In this document: positions 52,023-64,000 of the stretch, piece after piece | How positions within the stretch are numbered: position 1 is the stretch's first letter | Layout of the letters: every line of letters starts with the position of its first letter | NCBI GenBank assembly: GCA_051294375.1 | Contig: CM119266.1 | Location: 12,886,081 to 12,950,080 of the forward strand | Reading direction: 5' to 3' | DNA length: 64,000 bases | Origin: Paraspadella gotoi | Taxonomy: Eukaryota; Animalia; Chaetognatha | The notes under the pieces: generated by a model | What the model was told of the DNA's origin: nothing | Databases searched by the model: none | Seen by the model: the letters and a program-made list of their open reading frames with translations, nothing else | Program-made: the position numbers and the translations under genes

Positions 52023-53650
52023 AACCTTACTTACTCTTTAACTATAACATAATCATTACCTAGAATATCTAATATAATAACCATAATATCAAATATTTAA
52101 AAAAATATGATATTGCATTCTTTAATTTCTTTCCAGAAGATTATCTCTTCCATTCTCTTCCATTCCTTTTCTTTTTTCCTTAATTTATTAGAAAAACCTT
52201 GCTCTTCATTTCCCAACTCCAGCAATGCCAAAATGTTTTTACATCACCTAAAACATTTAATTTTATTTTAATCTTATTAAATTTCATCTTGATTACCTAC
52301 ATATCAAATTAAAAAAAAGTCTAGCCACAGTTTTTGTCTGGGAAAAGTTAGTTAGCTTCCATTCTGTTTCTGAGAGGGTCGCTGTATACCAGATGTTTGA
52401 GCCAAGCTGAAACAAGAAGCCCCATACAAAAACAGTTCTTGTCTGGAATCGTGCTATTTTGTCATGCCAGTTTTTCATTTTTTAATCATTTTAAAATATT
52501 ATTTATACAACATATTCGTCTAATTGATTTTCTTTCTTCTCTAAGAAGAAAATGATAAAAAAAATTACAGAAAAAAAATGAATCAAGAAATTCTAATGAA
52601 AAAAATAGTTTACACACTAATAGTGAATAGATAATGGATTGTTTAATGCTGTTCCCATTAAAAAATTAGAATGTGGTCGGCTCGCCTTATTCTAAGATGA
52701 TTCTAAGATCCATCCCAGATGATTAGAAAATAGAATGTAGTTCTTGCAGTTCATGAGGCTTCGGTGTGTTCTTTTTGATCACATAAATGAAACAGAAAAC
52801 GAAAGATAACAAAAATATATATTTTTTACTTTCATATAAATATTTAATAAAAAAAGAAATTTTATCATAAGGTTGAATATGTTATTCGAAAAAAAATTGT
52901 ATGTTTTAGTTTATGTATACATAACATGTAAGATTAGAAATAAAAAGTGAGGATAATGACAAAATGTTTACATTTAGAGAGAAAAAAGATAGAGAAATAA
53001 AAGAGCGATGGGAAGCAAGAAGAAAAAAGTCAAGAGAGAGAGATGAGAGAAAGAGTAGAGATGAGAGATGTAGACGAGAGGAAGAATCCGGGCCCGATCC
53101 GCTCGGATTTTCGACCGAAGAATGAAGCCCGACCTCCTACCATTCGCCAGAGAAGAAAAATCTTCCCTGATCCGGCGGGAAGAAGCCCGGAAGTGACAGG
53201 AGTTGTCAAGCAGCGGGTCGCCCTCGGCTTACGGCTCGTACGGGCGGGTCACGCGCCTCGCACGCGCATGAACGGTTAGAGGATACTGCGTATTCGGACA
53301 GCTGAGTAATGACGAGAGGAGAGAGCGAGTTTGGTCGCTAATGGATGGATAGCCGCACGAACACTTAAAGTCGACGACGCTTTTAATCGAAGCAGAAAAA
53401 AAGAAAAGAATGAAAACTATATTTTTTGTTTCAATTCGACATTAACGACGTTATTTAAAAGGCGAAGGAATTACATGTTGACTGATTAAAAAAATCCCTC
53501 GACATGCGGGATTTGCTTCTCGTGATTGCGGCGAGGTCATGATGACGGCATGCGTCCCTTTATCTAACACCCACTCGCGTCGCAATCAATTTTCCTTCTT
53601 TCTCTATTCCGTCGCGATCTCTCTCTCTGCTCTCTCTCTCTCTCTCTCTA

Positions 53651-53711
<61 letters not shown>

Positions 53712-54442
53712 GTACAACTATACATACACGATCATTCGACCTAGAACTACGTTTTGCGCACACAAGGCGACGGGATTTCGCACGCTCCGCTCATTTCAAT
53801 ATCTCTCGTGCGTTCCAGTTCTCACGCAATCCCGCCCTTCCCTCAGTTTTCCACTTGGTCTTATTCAGGGAGAGGAGAGAAGGCGAGATTAGGGTAGAGT
53901 AAGGGGCAAATCTAGGGGGGGCGGGAGAGGGGGAGGGGGAAATCGGAATCTTTTGCGCAAACATCGAAGATGAAGGGAGATAGCGGGAAGAGGAAGAGGA
54001 AGAGGAAGAGGAAGAGGCCCCGAGGTAAACACGGGACTCTCGAAAAGTAAACATCTCCTCCTTCGAGTCTTCGATAAAGAATTTCTTATTTTCTTTTTTT
54101 CTTTCTTTTTTTTTTCTCTTTTTCTTTTGNNNNNNNNNNTTTTTTGTGGATATTTTCGTCTCTTCCCCCTTTCTTCCCCGCGTATTTATATCCTTATTCC
54201 CGGGCAAAGAGCGATTAACCGTCGTGACTGAATAAGCCTGAGCTTTTGAACCGATATGAAGAAAAAAAAAAGAGAGAAAAAAAAAAGGGAAGTGAAAAGG
54301 TGAAATAAAGGGATATGGTAATAAAAGGGAACGGGGATTTGCAATCTTATTATTCGTGAGCGCGAGTCACGCTGCACGGGAGGAGAACGGCGACGTTGAA
54401 ACGCGCGCTTACTATGCAATGGAGAAAAGGTTTGATTTGAAA

Positions 54443-54477
<35 letters not shown>

Positions 54478-56032
54478 GAAAGAGAGAGAGAGAGAGAGAG
54501 AGAGCAAGAGAGAGAGAGAGAGAGAGAGAAGAAAGAGATGGCAGAGAAAAATATATAGAAAGAAAGAAAAGAAACAGNNNNNNNNNNNNNNNNNNNNNNN
54601 NNNNNNNNNNNNNNNNNNNNNNNNNNNNNNNNNNNNNNNNNNNNNNNNNNNNNNNNNNNNNNNNNNNNNNNNNNNNNNNNNNGGGCGACGGCGAAAGGAG
54701 GGTCGCGGCGACCCCCCGGGGGAACCGAGGGGCGAATTTTGAAGGGGGAATTCGGTGGTGAGGTTATGGGGTGAATACTGAATACTCAATAGTGAATAGT
54801 TTTAGGCGGAGGCCTGGGTCAATTTTTTCTACGAGTTAAATTTAAATTTTCTTGNNNNNNNNNNNNNNNNNNNNNNNNNNNNNNNNNNNNNNNNNNNNNN
54901 NNNNNNNNNNNNNNNNNNNNNNNNNNNNNNNNNNNNNNNNNNNNNNNNNNNNNNNNNNNNNNNNNNNNNNNNNNNNNNNNNNNNNNNNNNNNNNNNNNNN
55001 NNNNNNACCCATCCTCTCTGTAAAGTTTTGTACTACTCTCGAGAACGTAGATTTTAGCCCTAGAAAAGTTAAAACTCCTGAGGTTGAGAACGTAAATCGT
55101 TTGTCTTGTAATTGGGAGTTCANNNNNNNNNNNNNNNNNNNNNNNNNNNNNNNNNNNNNNNNNNNNNNNNNNNNNNNNNNNNNNNNNNNNNNNNNNNNNN
55201 NNNNNNNNNNNNNNNNNNNNNNNNNNNNNNNNNNNNNNNNNNNNNNNNNNNNNNNNNNNNNNNNNNNNNNNNNNNNNNNNNNNNNNNNNNNNNNNNNNNN
55301 NNNNNNNNNNNNNNNNNNNNNAACGCGGGGGGAAGGATATGGGGATCGGGGAATATCGGTCGGTCCTGATAATTCGTGTCTCGGCGTCGAAGCCATAAAC
55401 GGCGCCCGAGTCAGGAATAACTTTTATGACGTCGACGACGAAATCCAGACGAAGTTGATGAGGAAGCATAAACAGGGAAGAGACAACAACGACAACAACG
55501 ACTAAAGGGGGGAAGTGAAAACGGTGACAACCGTTAGTTTAAGTAGAAAGGGAAAGGAGGACAAAATCGAGGACAGCGTTCGAAAGACAACAGCTGCAAC
55601 AGACATATCGAGAAAGGACGACGCTAACGATACAACGAAAGGCAGCTACAACAGCAAACGACAACAGACGTTAAAAAACAGCCAGGAAATACGATAGCAT
55701 CTACGTTGAAACTGCGACAATAGAGACTAAAAGACAGTTGCTACGGTTGCGCAAAACAACTATGAGGACAATAAGACAGATGCTTTTGCGGTAACGTACG
55801 TGCCGCCTAGGCCCTAAAATATTATATTGGTTGTACCAATTTCATAGATATTTTTTTGCGTCTGCCGCCGCCGCGTCGCCCCCGCGTCGCCGCCGCCGCC
55901 GCCGCCGCCGCGTCGCCGCCGCGAAAATAAGCGACGCTGGCGTCGCGGATCGAGTCAGCGACGCAGATGTCGTTCGAAGGAAATTTCCCCCTTTTTTTTT
56001 ATTTCCGGTTGACGGCGAAAGACAAATCTTTC

Positions 56033-56066
<34 letters not shown>

Positions 56067-56779
56067 TTTGAACGATGAAGACAGGAGCGACGCGAACGAC
56101 GAAAAGAAGGAAGGACGACCGACCAAGTTAGCCGACGACGACGACGACGACGACGACGCCTAATTCCCAATTCCATTTTTAATGAACCCTTTTTCCATCA
56201 AGACGACGGATTACTTTTCTTCGGCAACGAAGTTTATTGCGCTTCTGCTTTTCGAGCCTCTGAGTTCGGCTCATCGAACCGCGATTAAAAGCGGCGAGGG
56301 CCTCTGCTAAAAATAATCTAAATTCTATCCAAGTCTATCCCTCTATCCCGTCTGCCCCATTCCGTATGCTTTCTAACGAATTCTATGACGTTACGAATAT
56401 ATCTCGGCAAAAAAAAAAAAAGGTGAAACTTTTCTATTCGATCTAGATTGAAAATAATCTTTTAATACTTACTAAAGTAACTATACATTAACAAAAAACG
56501 GACGAACGTGAACAAACGAAACGATGAAAGACTTCACACGCGGATGCGCGCGCCTCGAACGAGCGTGCAGCTGCGTGCAATTTCAAGGAATGGGAAGAGA
56601 AGAGGNNNNNNNNNNNNNNNNNNNNNNNNNGCTCTTTTTGATTTTTTAACCTGTCCCACTCACTGTCCTATCTCCTCTCTCATCTCTTCTCTACTTCCTC
56701 TCCTCTCCTCTCTCTCTTCTCTCTCTCTCTCTCTTCTCTCTCCTCTCTCTCTTTCCTCCATTCCTTCTATCCCTCATCT

Positions 56780-59700
56780 CTTCCCATTCCTTAAATTGCA
56801 CGCCAAAGGCTGCACGCTCCCGTTTCGAGGCGCGCCGCCCATCAGCGTGTGAAAGTCATTCATCGTTGTTTGTTCAACGTCGTCCGTTTTTTTGTTAATG
56901 TAGTAGTTTTTACTTTAGTAAAGTAAATTTAAAAGATTATTTCCCAAATCCTAAGATCGAAATATGAAAAGTTTCACCTTTTTTTTTTTGCCGAGATAAT
57001 TCGTAACGTCAATAGAAATTCGTTAGAAAGCATACGGAATGGGGCAGACGGATAGGAAGGGAATAGACTTGGACTTAGAATTTTAGATTATTTTAGCAAG
57101 GCCCCCTCGCCCCGCTTTTTTAAAATCGCGGGTTTCGATGAGCCCGAACCTCAGAGGCTCGACAAAGCAGAAAGCGCAAATAACACTTCCGTTGCGCGAA
57201 GAAAAAAGTACATTCCGTCGTCTTGATGGAAAAAGGGTTCATTAAAAAATTGGAATTGGGATAGGCGTCGCCCCCGGTCGTCCGTCGTCGATCTCGGCCC
57301 TTAAACTTGGGTCGGTCCGTCCCTTTCCTTCTTTTCGTCCGTTCGCGTCGCTCCTGTCTCCATCGGTTCAATCCCGTCCGTCCGTCGTCCCGTCGTCGTC
57401 ACGTCCGTCGTTCGCGAGAAAGATTTTTGTCTTTTCGCCGTCCAACCGGAACATAAAAAAAAAGGGGGAATTATCCCTTCGAACGACAATTATGCGTCGC
57501 TGACTCGATCCGCGGGACGCCAAAGCCGTCCGCTTAATTTCGGCGGGCGGGCGACGCGGGCGGCGGCGCGCGGCGGTTCGACGTCGGGGGCGACGCGGCG
57601 GAGCGGGCAAGACGCAAACAAAAACTAATCTATGAAATTTGTCACACCATATAATATTTTAGGGCCTAGGCCCGGCACGTACGATTTACCGCAAAAGCCA
57701 CTCTGTCTTATGTCCCGCAAATAGTTTTTTGCGCAACCGTAGCAAACTGGTCTTTTTAGTCTCTATTGTCCGCAGTTTCAAACGTAGATGCCATCCGGTA
57801 AATTTTCTTGCCTGTTTTTTAACGTCTGTTGTCCCCGTTTGCCTGTTGTAAGCTGCGCATTTCGTTGTATCGTTTTAGCGTCCCGTCCCTTTCTCGATAA
57901 TGTCTGTTTGCAGCTGTTTTGGTCCTTTCCGAAACGCCTTGTCCTCGATTTTGTCCCTCTTTCCCCTTTTCTACTTAAACTACGGTTGTCGCCACCGTTT
58001 TCACAACTTCCGCCCCTTTAGTCGTGTTTTGTATCGTTGTTTGTTCCTCCTTTCCCTGTTTATGGCTTCCCTCATCAACTTCGTCTTGGGATTTCCGTCG
58101 TCCCCGACGTCATAAAAGTTACTTCACTACTCGGGGCCGCCGTTTATGGCCTTCGACGCCGAAGAACCACGAATTAATCAGGACACGGACGATATCCCCG
58201 ATCCCACGATATCATTCCCCCGCGTTCCCCGATCTCCACGATCCCGCGCCCCCCTATCCCCTCCAATTCCCGCTTCCCCGGATCTCCGCCTCTCCCGATC
58301 CCCCGAATCTGACGAAATCTCCCGAATCTCAGCGATCCCCCGATCTCACCGATCCCCGAGTCCCCCTATCCCCCAATCCCCGGATCCACCCGATCCCCCC
58401 GATTCCCCCCGCCGTTTTTTTGGTCGAGATTAAGGGAAAGAATGTTAAATTTCGTTTATAAAGAAAAGTTTTGAAAGTTTCTAAATAATGAAAATAAGAA
58501 AGAGTGTGCCGAAGGTCCCCAATGATTGTCTTTAAGGTTTTTGAACTTCCCAATTTATGATGACAAAAAATATATATGTTCTTAACGGCTCAACAAGGAG
58601 TTTTTAAACTTTTTCTAGGCTAAATCTAGGTTCTTCGAGAGTAGTAACAAAAAACTTTACAGAACGAGAATGGGTTTTTCAGGATGATACTTGGTTCATC
58701 AATAACGTAAAACCAATATGTCCAGAAAAACAATTTAAAATTTAAACTCGGTAGAAAAAAATTGACCACGCGGTCGCCTAAAACTATCCAGTAAAGGCGT
58801 AGTAAAATTTCCTTAAATTTACATTTTAATTAAAAATTCCTAAAGTGAGGAAACGAACCACACAATTATATTAATGAACCATTTATAGTAATAAAAAAAT
58901 TTATAATAAATTTTTACAATTTGACGCAGTAAGGCCATATTTATACTAACGTACTAAACCATTAAATAATTAAAATTTTAACAAAAACAGTTTTTTCTAA
59001 GCTTTTTTTGCAGATTTTGGGGAATTCGTCCCATAAAAAGTTTGATTATAAACAGAAAATACTAATTCTTCTTTTGCCAACAAATTCTTCAATTAAGGTG
59101 GGCAAAAATAAGAAAAAACAGCTTACTTTAAGCTGGAAACAATTAACTTTTTTAATATATTAAAATATAGTTGTTTTAATTTTTTTTAAACCTAACTTAA
59201 TAAAAGAAATTTTTAAAAAATGATTTTATTTTTTCTATCAACTTTTGAACGAGCGAATTTAAAATCTGCAATCCAAAAATTTAAAAAAAAGCCTATTTTG
59301 AATTTTTTCGATTTTATAAGGATAATACTATATATAATTATAAGCCTACCTGCGAAAATTAAAAAAAACATAAAACTTTTTTTTTTTACAAATTAATGTT
59401 TACTGATGGTAATTTTTGTTCATAAATAACTTTTAGAATTTTCGTAAATGTAAATTGCCAAACCTACGCCTTACTATTCAGTAATTCCACCCAATAACCT
59501 CACCCACCCAATTCCCCCCCCTTCCAAAAATTCGCCCCCTCGGTTCCCCCCCGGAGGGTCCCGCCGCGACCCTCCTTCGCCGTCGCCCAGACCGAAAGGA
59601 ATTATCGTTCGACGAAGCGAAGGCGAATTACCGCTCTGAGAGTCCCGCGAACCTTAACCCAATCCCTAAACCCGACGGTTCGTTACCGCCCACCCTTTTT

Positions 59701-59880
59701 CTCAAATTAATCATTCTTGGCGACCTTTTATCGCCCCTTGTCCGCTCGCCTCCGTTTCTTTCTCTTTCTTTTCAATATATTTTTTTCTTCCTCTTCTTCT
59801 CTCTCTCCCTCTCTCTCTCTCTCTCCCTCTCTTCTCTCTCTTCTCTCTCTCTTTCTCTCTCTCTTCTCTCTCTTTCTTCT
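56780..59880 (-). repeat. Inverted, indel-rich copy of ~54440-56605
   Basis: For example 56508-56600 (GAACAAACG...GTGCAATTTCAAGGAATGGGAAG) is reverse-complemented at 56780-56880, and 54683-54780 at ~59480-59590. Confidence 0.9.
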
Positions 59881-60039
59881 CTCTTATCCGTTAACTAACC
59901 TGAAACCAGAAAAAAGTAAAACAAAACAAACTCCGGGAAACCCCGAAACAAAAACAAAACTCACAGCAGGCCCGGTCCCGGGGGGGGGGGGAAAGGGGCG
60001 TAAATTGGAAGGAAGGGTGGTCGGGGCGAGGGGAAGGGG

Positions 60040-63000
60040 GAGACTTTTAGAGCGCCGAAAGGTTGGAAAAAATCAACGGCCGTTTTCGCAAATAAAAAGA
60101 AAATTTACAATATTTCCTAGTTTATATTTTTTTTTGGGGGAGGGGGAAATTTTTTAAGAAAGCGATCTTCCTGAATCCCTTTCGGGAGGGGAAAAAAAGC
60201 GGAATAAACCTTGGACGAAAAGGAGACAAGAAGTGACAGGGTACAGGCAGAGATAGATAGAAAGACAGAAGAAGAAGAACGAAAGAAAGAAAGCAAAGAA
60301 AGAAAGAAGAAAGAAAGAAAAAAGTAACAAAAGAAAGAAAGAAAGAAATAAAAAAAGAAACGACAAGAAAAGAAAGAGAAAAGAAAGAAAAAAAGAAAGA
60401 AAAGAAAAGTAAAAGAAGAAAGAAAGAAAGACAGAAGAAATAAAGAAAGAAAGAAGAAAAGAAGAAGAAAGAAAGAAAGGACAGAATAAAAAAGGAAAGA
60501 AAAGAACAGAAAGAAAAAGAAAGAAAAGAAAGAAAAAGAAAGAAAAGAAAGAAAGAAGAAAAGAGAAAAGAAAGAAAGACGAAAAGGAAAGAAAAGAGTC
60601 GGATCGAACAGACATAGAGAGAGAAAGGAAAAAACTGGGAACGAAAAACGTGGAAAGTTTTGCCCTTGGAGGTAAATAAATCTAACAGCTGGAAAACATT
60701 TTCCCGAAATGAGTCTCCTCCTGGGATTTTAAGCTTTCCTCTCTCTCCTCATCTCTCTCTATCTCTTCTCTCTCTCTTTTCCTCTTCTCTCTCTAATCTC
60801 TCTCCTCTCTTCCCTCTCTCTCTCTCTCTCCTCTTCGTCTACGCTTTCTCGTCTCTTCTCCCCCTCCTCTCTCTCCTTTCTCCTCTCCTCCCTCTCTCTC
60901 CGGCCGTCTCTTCTCTCTCTCCTCCACTCCCACTTCTCTCTCTCTCAATATTCGCTAAGGATCTGCTAAAATAATAAAAGGTAAATACATTAACGCGATT
61001 AATAATAATAAACCGGGATTAAAAATTTCGCGAAAGGGGAGAAAGAGAGAAACGAGAGAACGACGAGTTTTTGAGAGAAAAGACATGGCTATACTCCAGA
61101 AGCCTCGTATCAGCCGCAGCGTCCCGGGGACGCAGGCCGCCGCGGCGGCCCCGAATCGGCTTTTCTTCCCTGGACTTTCGACTTAAACTTCGCTATTCGA
61201 GCTTTCATCCGTTTTACTCCTCTCCTGCTTCCTTCTCCCTATCCCCGGATTCCGGCCGGGCGCAAAAGTCGAAATTCCGATAGGAGCCTGTAAAGCGGGG
61301 AGAACTTACTCTTTGTCTCTTCTCTCTTACCCTTCATCAACGGCCACCGGGCTTTTTTCCTTCTCTTGCCCTTCCCGAGCGAAATCGGAATCATGAGTTT
61401 TTCGCGTGCGGATTCCGGGAGTCCCCCCTTTCTTTTTATAAAAAATGTTTTTTTGGTTTTCCCTCTCTCAATTTTTAAAACGCCAACCAAAACGAAAGTC
61501 CTTTTATAATAAAATTATTATTATAAATTTAATTTGTTAATATTATTATTTTTTTTTTAAAAAATTTTAATTTATTAGTGATTTTTTTTTTTGGTTTTAA
61601 TTATCTTTTTAAACCTTTAAACTTAGCCTTAAATCCCTAATTTACTGAACTATTTTTTGCTTCAAAATAATTCCAATACTTATACACATTAAAAAAAATC
61701 AACTAATAAAATAAAATTTTTAAAATAATAATATAACATAAAAAATTTATAATAATAATTTTATTAAAAGAAACTTTTTCCGTTTTCTTTTGTGTTTTAA
61801 AACAATTGAGAACAGAGAAAAAACAACTATTTTTTATAAAAAGGCTTCACCGGATCCACGCCGAACTCAAATTTAAACCTTGCAACTTACTTTTAAACTA
61901 ATAAACATAATCCATTACTAAATATTAATATAAATAACAATAATATCAAAAAAATTAAAAAAAACATATGAATTCTTGCAAATCCTTTAATTTTCTTTCC
62001 AAGAACATTCTCCTCTTCCACTTCTTTTTTCCACTTCCTTTTCTTTTTCCATTAATTTATTAAGAAACAACGCTGCTCTCAAATTTCCCAACTCCAGCAA
62101 TGGGGCCAAAATATTTTTTACATCACCTAAACATTTTAATTATTTTTAATCTAATTAATATTTCATTTGATTACTACATAATCAAATTAAAAAAAAAAGG
62201 TCTAGGCACAGTGGGTTTTGTCCTGGAAAAGTTTAGTTGTTCTCCATTTCCTGTTTTGAAGAGTCGCCTTATACCAGATTGTTGAGCCAGCCTGAAAAAA
62301 AGCCTCCATACAAACAGTTCGTTGGTCCTTGGAATCCTTGCTATTCTGTCAGCAGTTTTTCATTTTTAATCATTTTAAAATTATTTATAACAAAATTGTC
62401 CATGATTTTCTTTTTCTTCTCTAAGAAGAAACTGAAAAAAAAATTCACAGAAAAAATGATTCAGAAATCTCTAATGAAAAAAATAGTTACACACAGATAG
62501 TGAATAGCATAACATGTGATTTGTTTAAAATGCTGTTCCCATTAAAACATTAACAATGTGGTCGGCTCGCCCCTTATTTAAAGATGATTCCTAAAGACTC
62601 ATCAACCATAACTAATAGAAAATAGGAATTGTAGTTTCGAGTTCAGAGGCTGGTGGTTGTTTCTTTTTCGATCAACTCATAAGAACTGAAACGAAGAGAA
62701 ACAAACAAGATAAGCTGAATTATAATTTTTATTTATAAATATAGTTAAAAAACAAACGAAATTTTATCATAAGGTTGAAATATGTTATGAAAAATTGGTA
62801 AATGTTTTTGGTTATGTAAATAATAAACAGTAAAGTTAAGAAATAAAAAGTGAAGATAATGAACAAAATGTTACATTTAGGAGAAAAAGATAGGAAGAAA
62901 AAAAGAGCGAGAAAGCAAGAGAAGTAAAAAGTAGAGAGAGAGAGAGAGAAGAGAGAGAAGAAGAGAGAGAGAGAGGAGAAATCCCGGGCCCGATCCGCTC

Positions 63001-63477
63001 GAATTTCGGACCGAAGAAGCCCGAATCACCAATCGGAGAGAGAAAAAATCTCCCTGAATCCGAGCGGAAGAAGCGCCCGAAGGAGAAGTGAAGTCGGTCG
63101 GCAAAGCCGCCTCGCCGCCCGCTCCGGTCTACGCTGCCGTACGGGAAGAGCTGAAGTAAATATGACTCGAGGAGAGAGATAGCGGAGTTTCGTCGGCTAA
63201 TGGAGCGAGCCCGCACGAACACTTAAAAGTCGAGACCGCCTTTTTAACGAAGCAAGAAAAAAAAAAGAAGAAAACTACTATTTTTTTTTCAATTCGAATT
63301 AACGGAGTTAGTTTTAAAGCGAAGGAATTACGTTGAACTGATAAAAAATCCCTCGACAAGCGGGATTCTGCCTTTCGGTGATTAGCGGCGAAGCATATAG
63401 ATGATGGCCAGCCGTCCTTTAATACTAAAACCCACTCGCGCGCATCAATTTTCCTTTTCGTCTATAATCGTCGGATC

Positions 63478-63519
<42 letters not shown>

Positions 63520-64000
63520 TCTCTCATCTCTCCTCTTATAATCTCCGTCCTCGTTCTCTCTCTCTCTTCCTCAGCGTTACAACACTATACGTACACAGTC
63601 ATTCGACTAGAACTAACGTTTTGCGCAACATACAGGGCGCGGTGATTCCGCACGCTCCGCTATTTTCAATATCTTCTCGTGCGTTCCCAGTCGCCACGTC
63701 ATCCGCCCCTTACCAAGTTTTCCCACGGTCTTTATTCCAGGGCAGAAGAGGAGAAGCGGAGAATTACAGGGGTAAGAAGTAACGGGCAAATCTAGGGGGG
63801 GCGGAGAGGGGGAAGGGGGGAAATCCGAATTTTTGCGCAAACCGAACGATGAAAGGGAAATACGCGGAAGAGGAAGAGAAGAGAAGGAAGAGGAAAGGCC
63901 CGAGGTAAACACGGATACTCGAAAAAGTAAACACATTCTTCCTCCTTCGAGTCTTCGATAAACGAATTTTCTTTATTTTTCTTTTTTTTTTCTTTCTTTC
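60040..64000 (+). repeat. Direct, indel-rich copy of ~50511-54130
   Basis: TTTAGAGCGCCGAAAGG (50514 / 60046) through CTTCGAGTCTTCGATAAA (54061 / 63944) are collinear, with many single-base insertions. Confidence 0.92.

Noticed and set aside
55831-56163. Poly-Arg/poly-Asp ORF
   Set aside because: Derived from (GCC)n and (GAC)n triplet repeats; no splice context.

Overview
Animal (metazoan) genomic scaffold with N-gaps and abundant (GA)n, (GAC)n and (TTTC)n microsatellites; most of the ORF track is microsatellite noise. The main feature is an intact 8-exon gene at 27174-34905 (+) with canonical GT-AG introns, encoding a 2008-aa bacterial-type Rhs/YD-repeat toxin-like protein. Its architecture is: signal peptide, SpvB/TcB-like N-terminus, seven-bladed FG-GAP propeller matching the Psathyrella velutina lectin (PVL) repeat consensus, TcdB midN-like segment, YD shell, Rhs core with autoprotease motif, and a ~275-aa C-terminal cargo. 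It lies on an ungapped stretch (8895-40461), tail-to-tail with the 3' exons of a syntrophin gene, which argues for a domesticated horizontal transfer rather than contamination. Also present: initiator tRNA-Met, small exons of an Ala-rich minus-strand gene, an L1/Tx1-type RT fragment, a degraded BEL/Pao retrotransposon and two MITE-like palindromes. A 50.5-64 kb direct plus inverted duplication looks like a long-read gap-filling artefact. All calls are by manual reading; no database searches were run.
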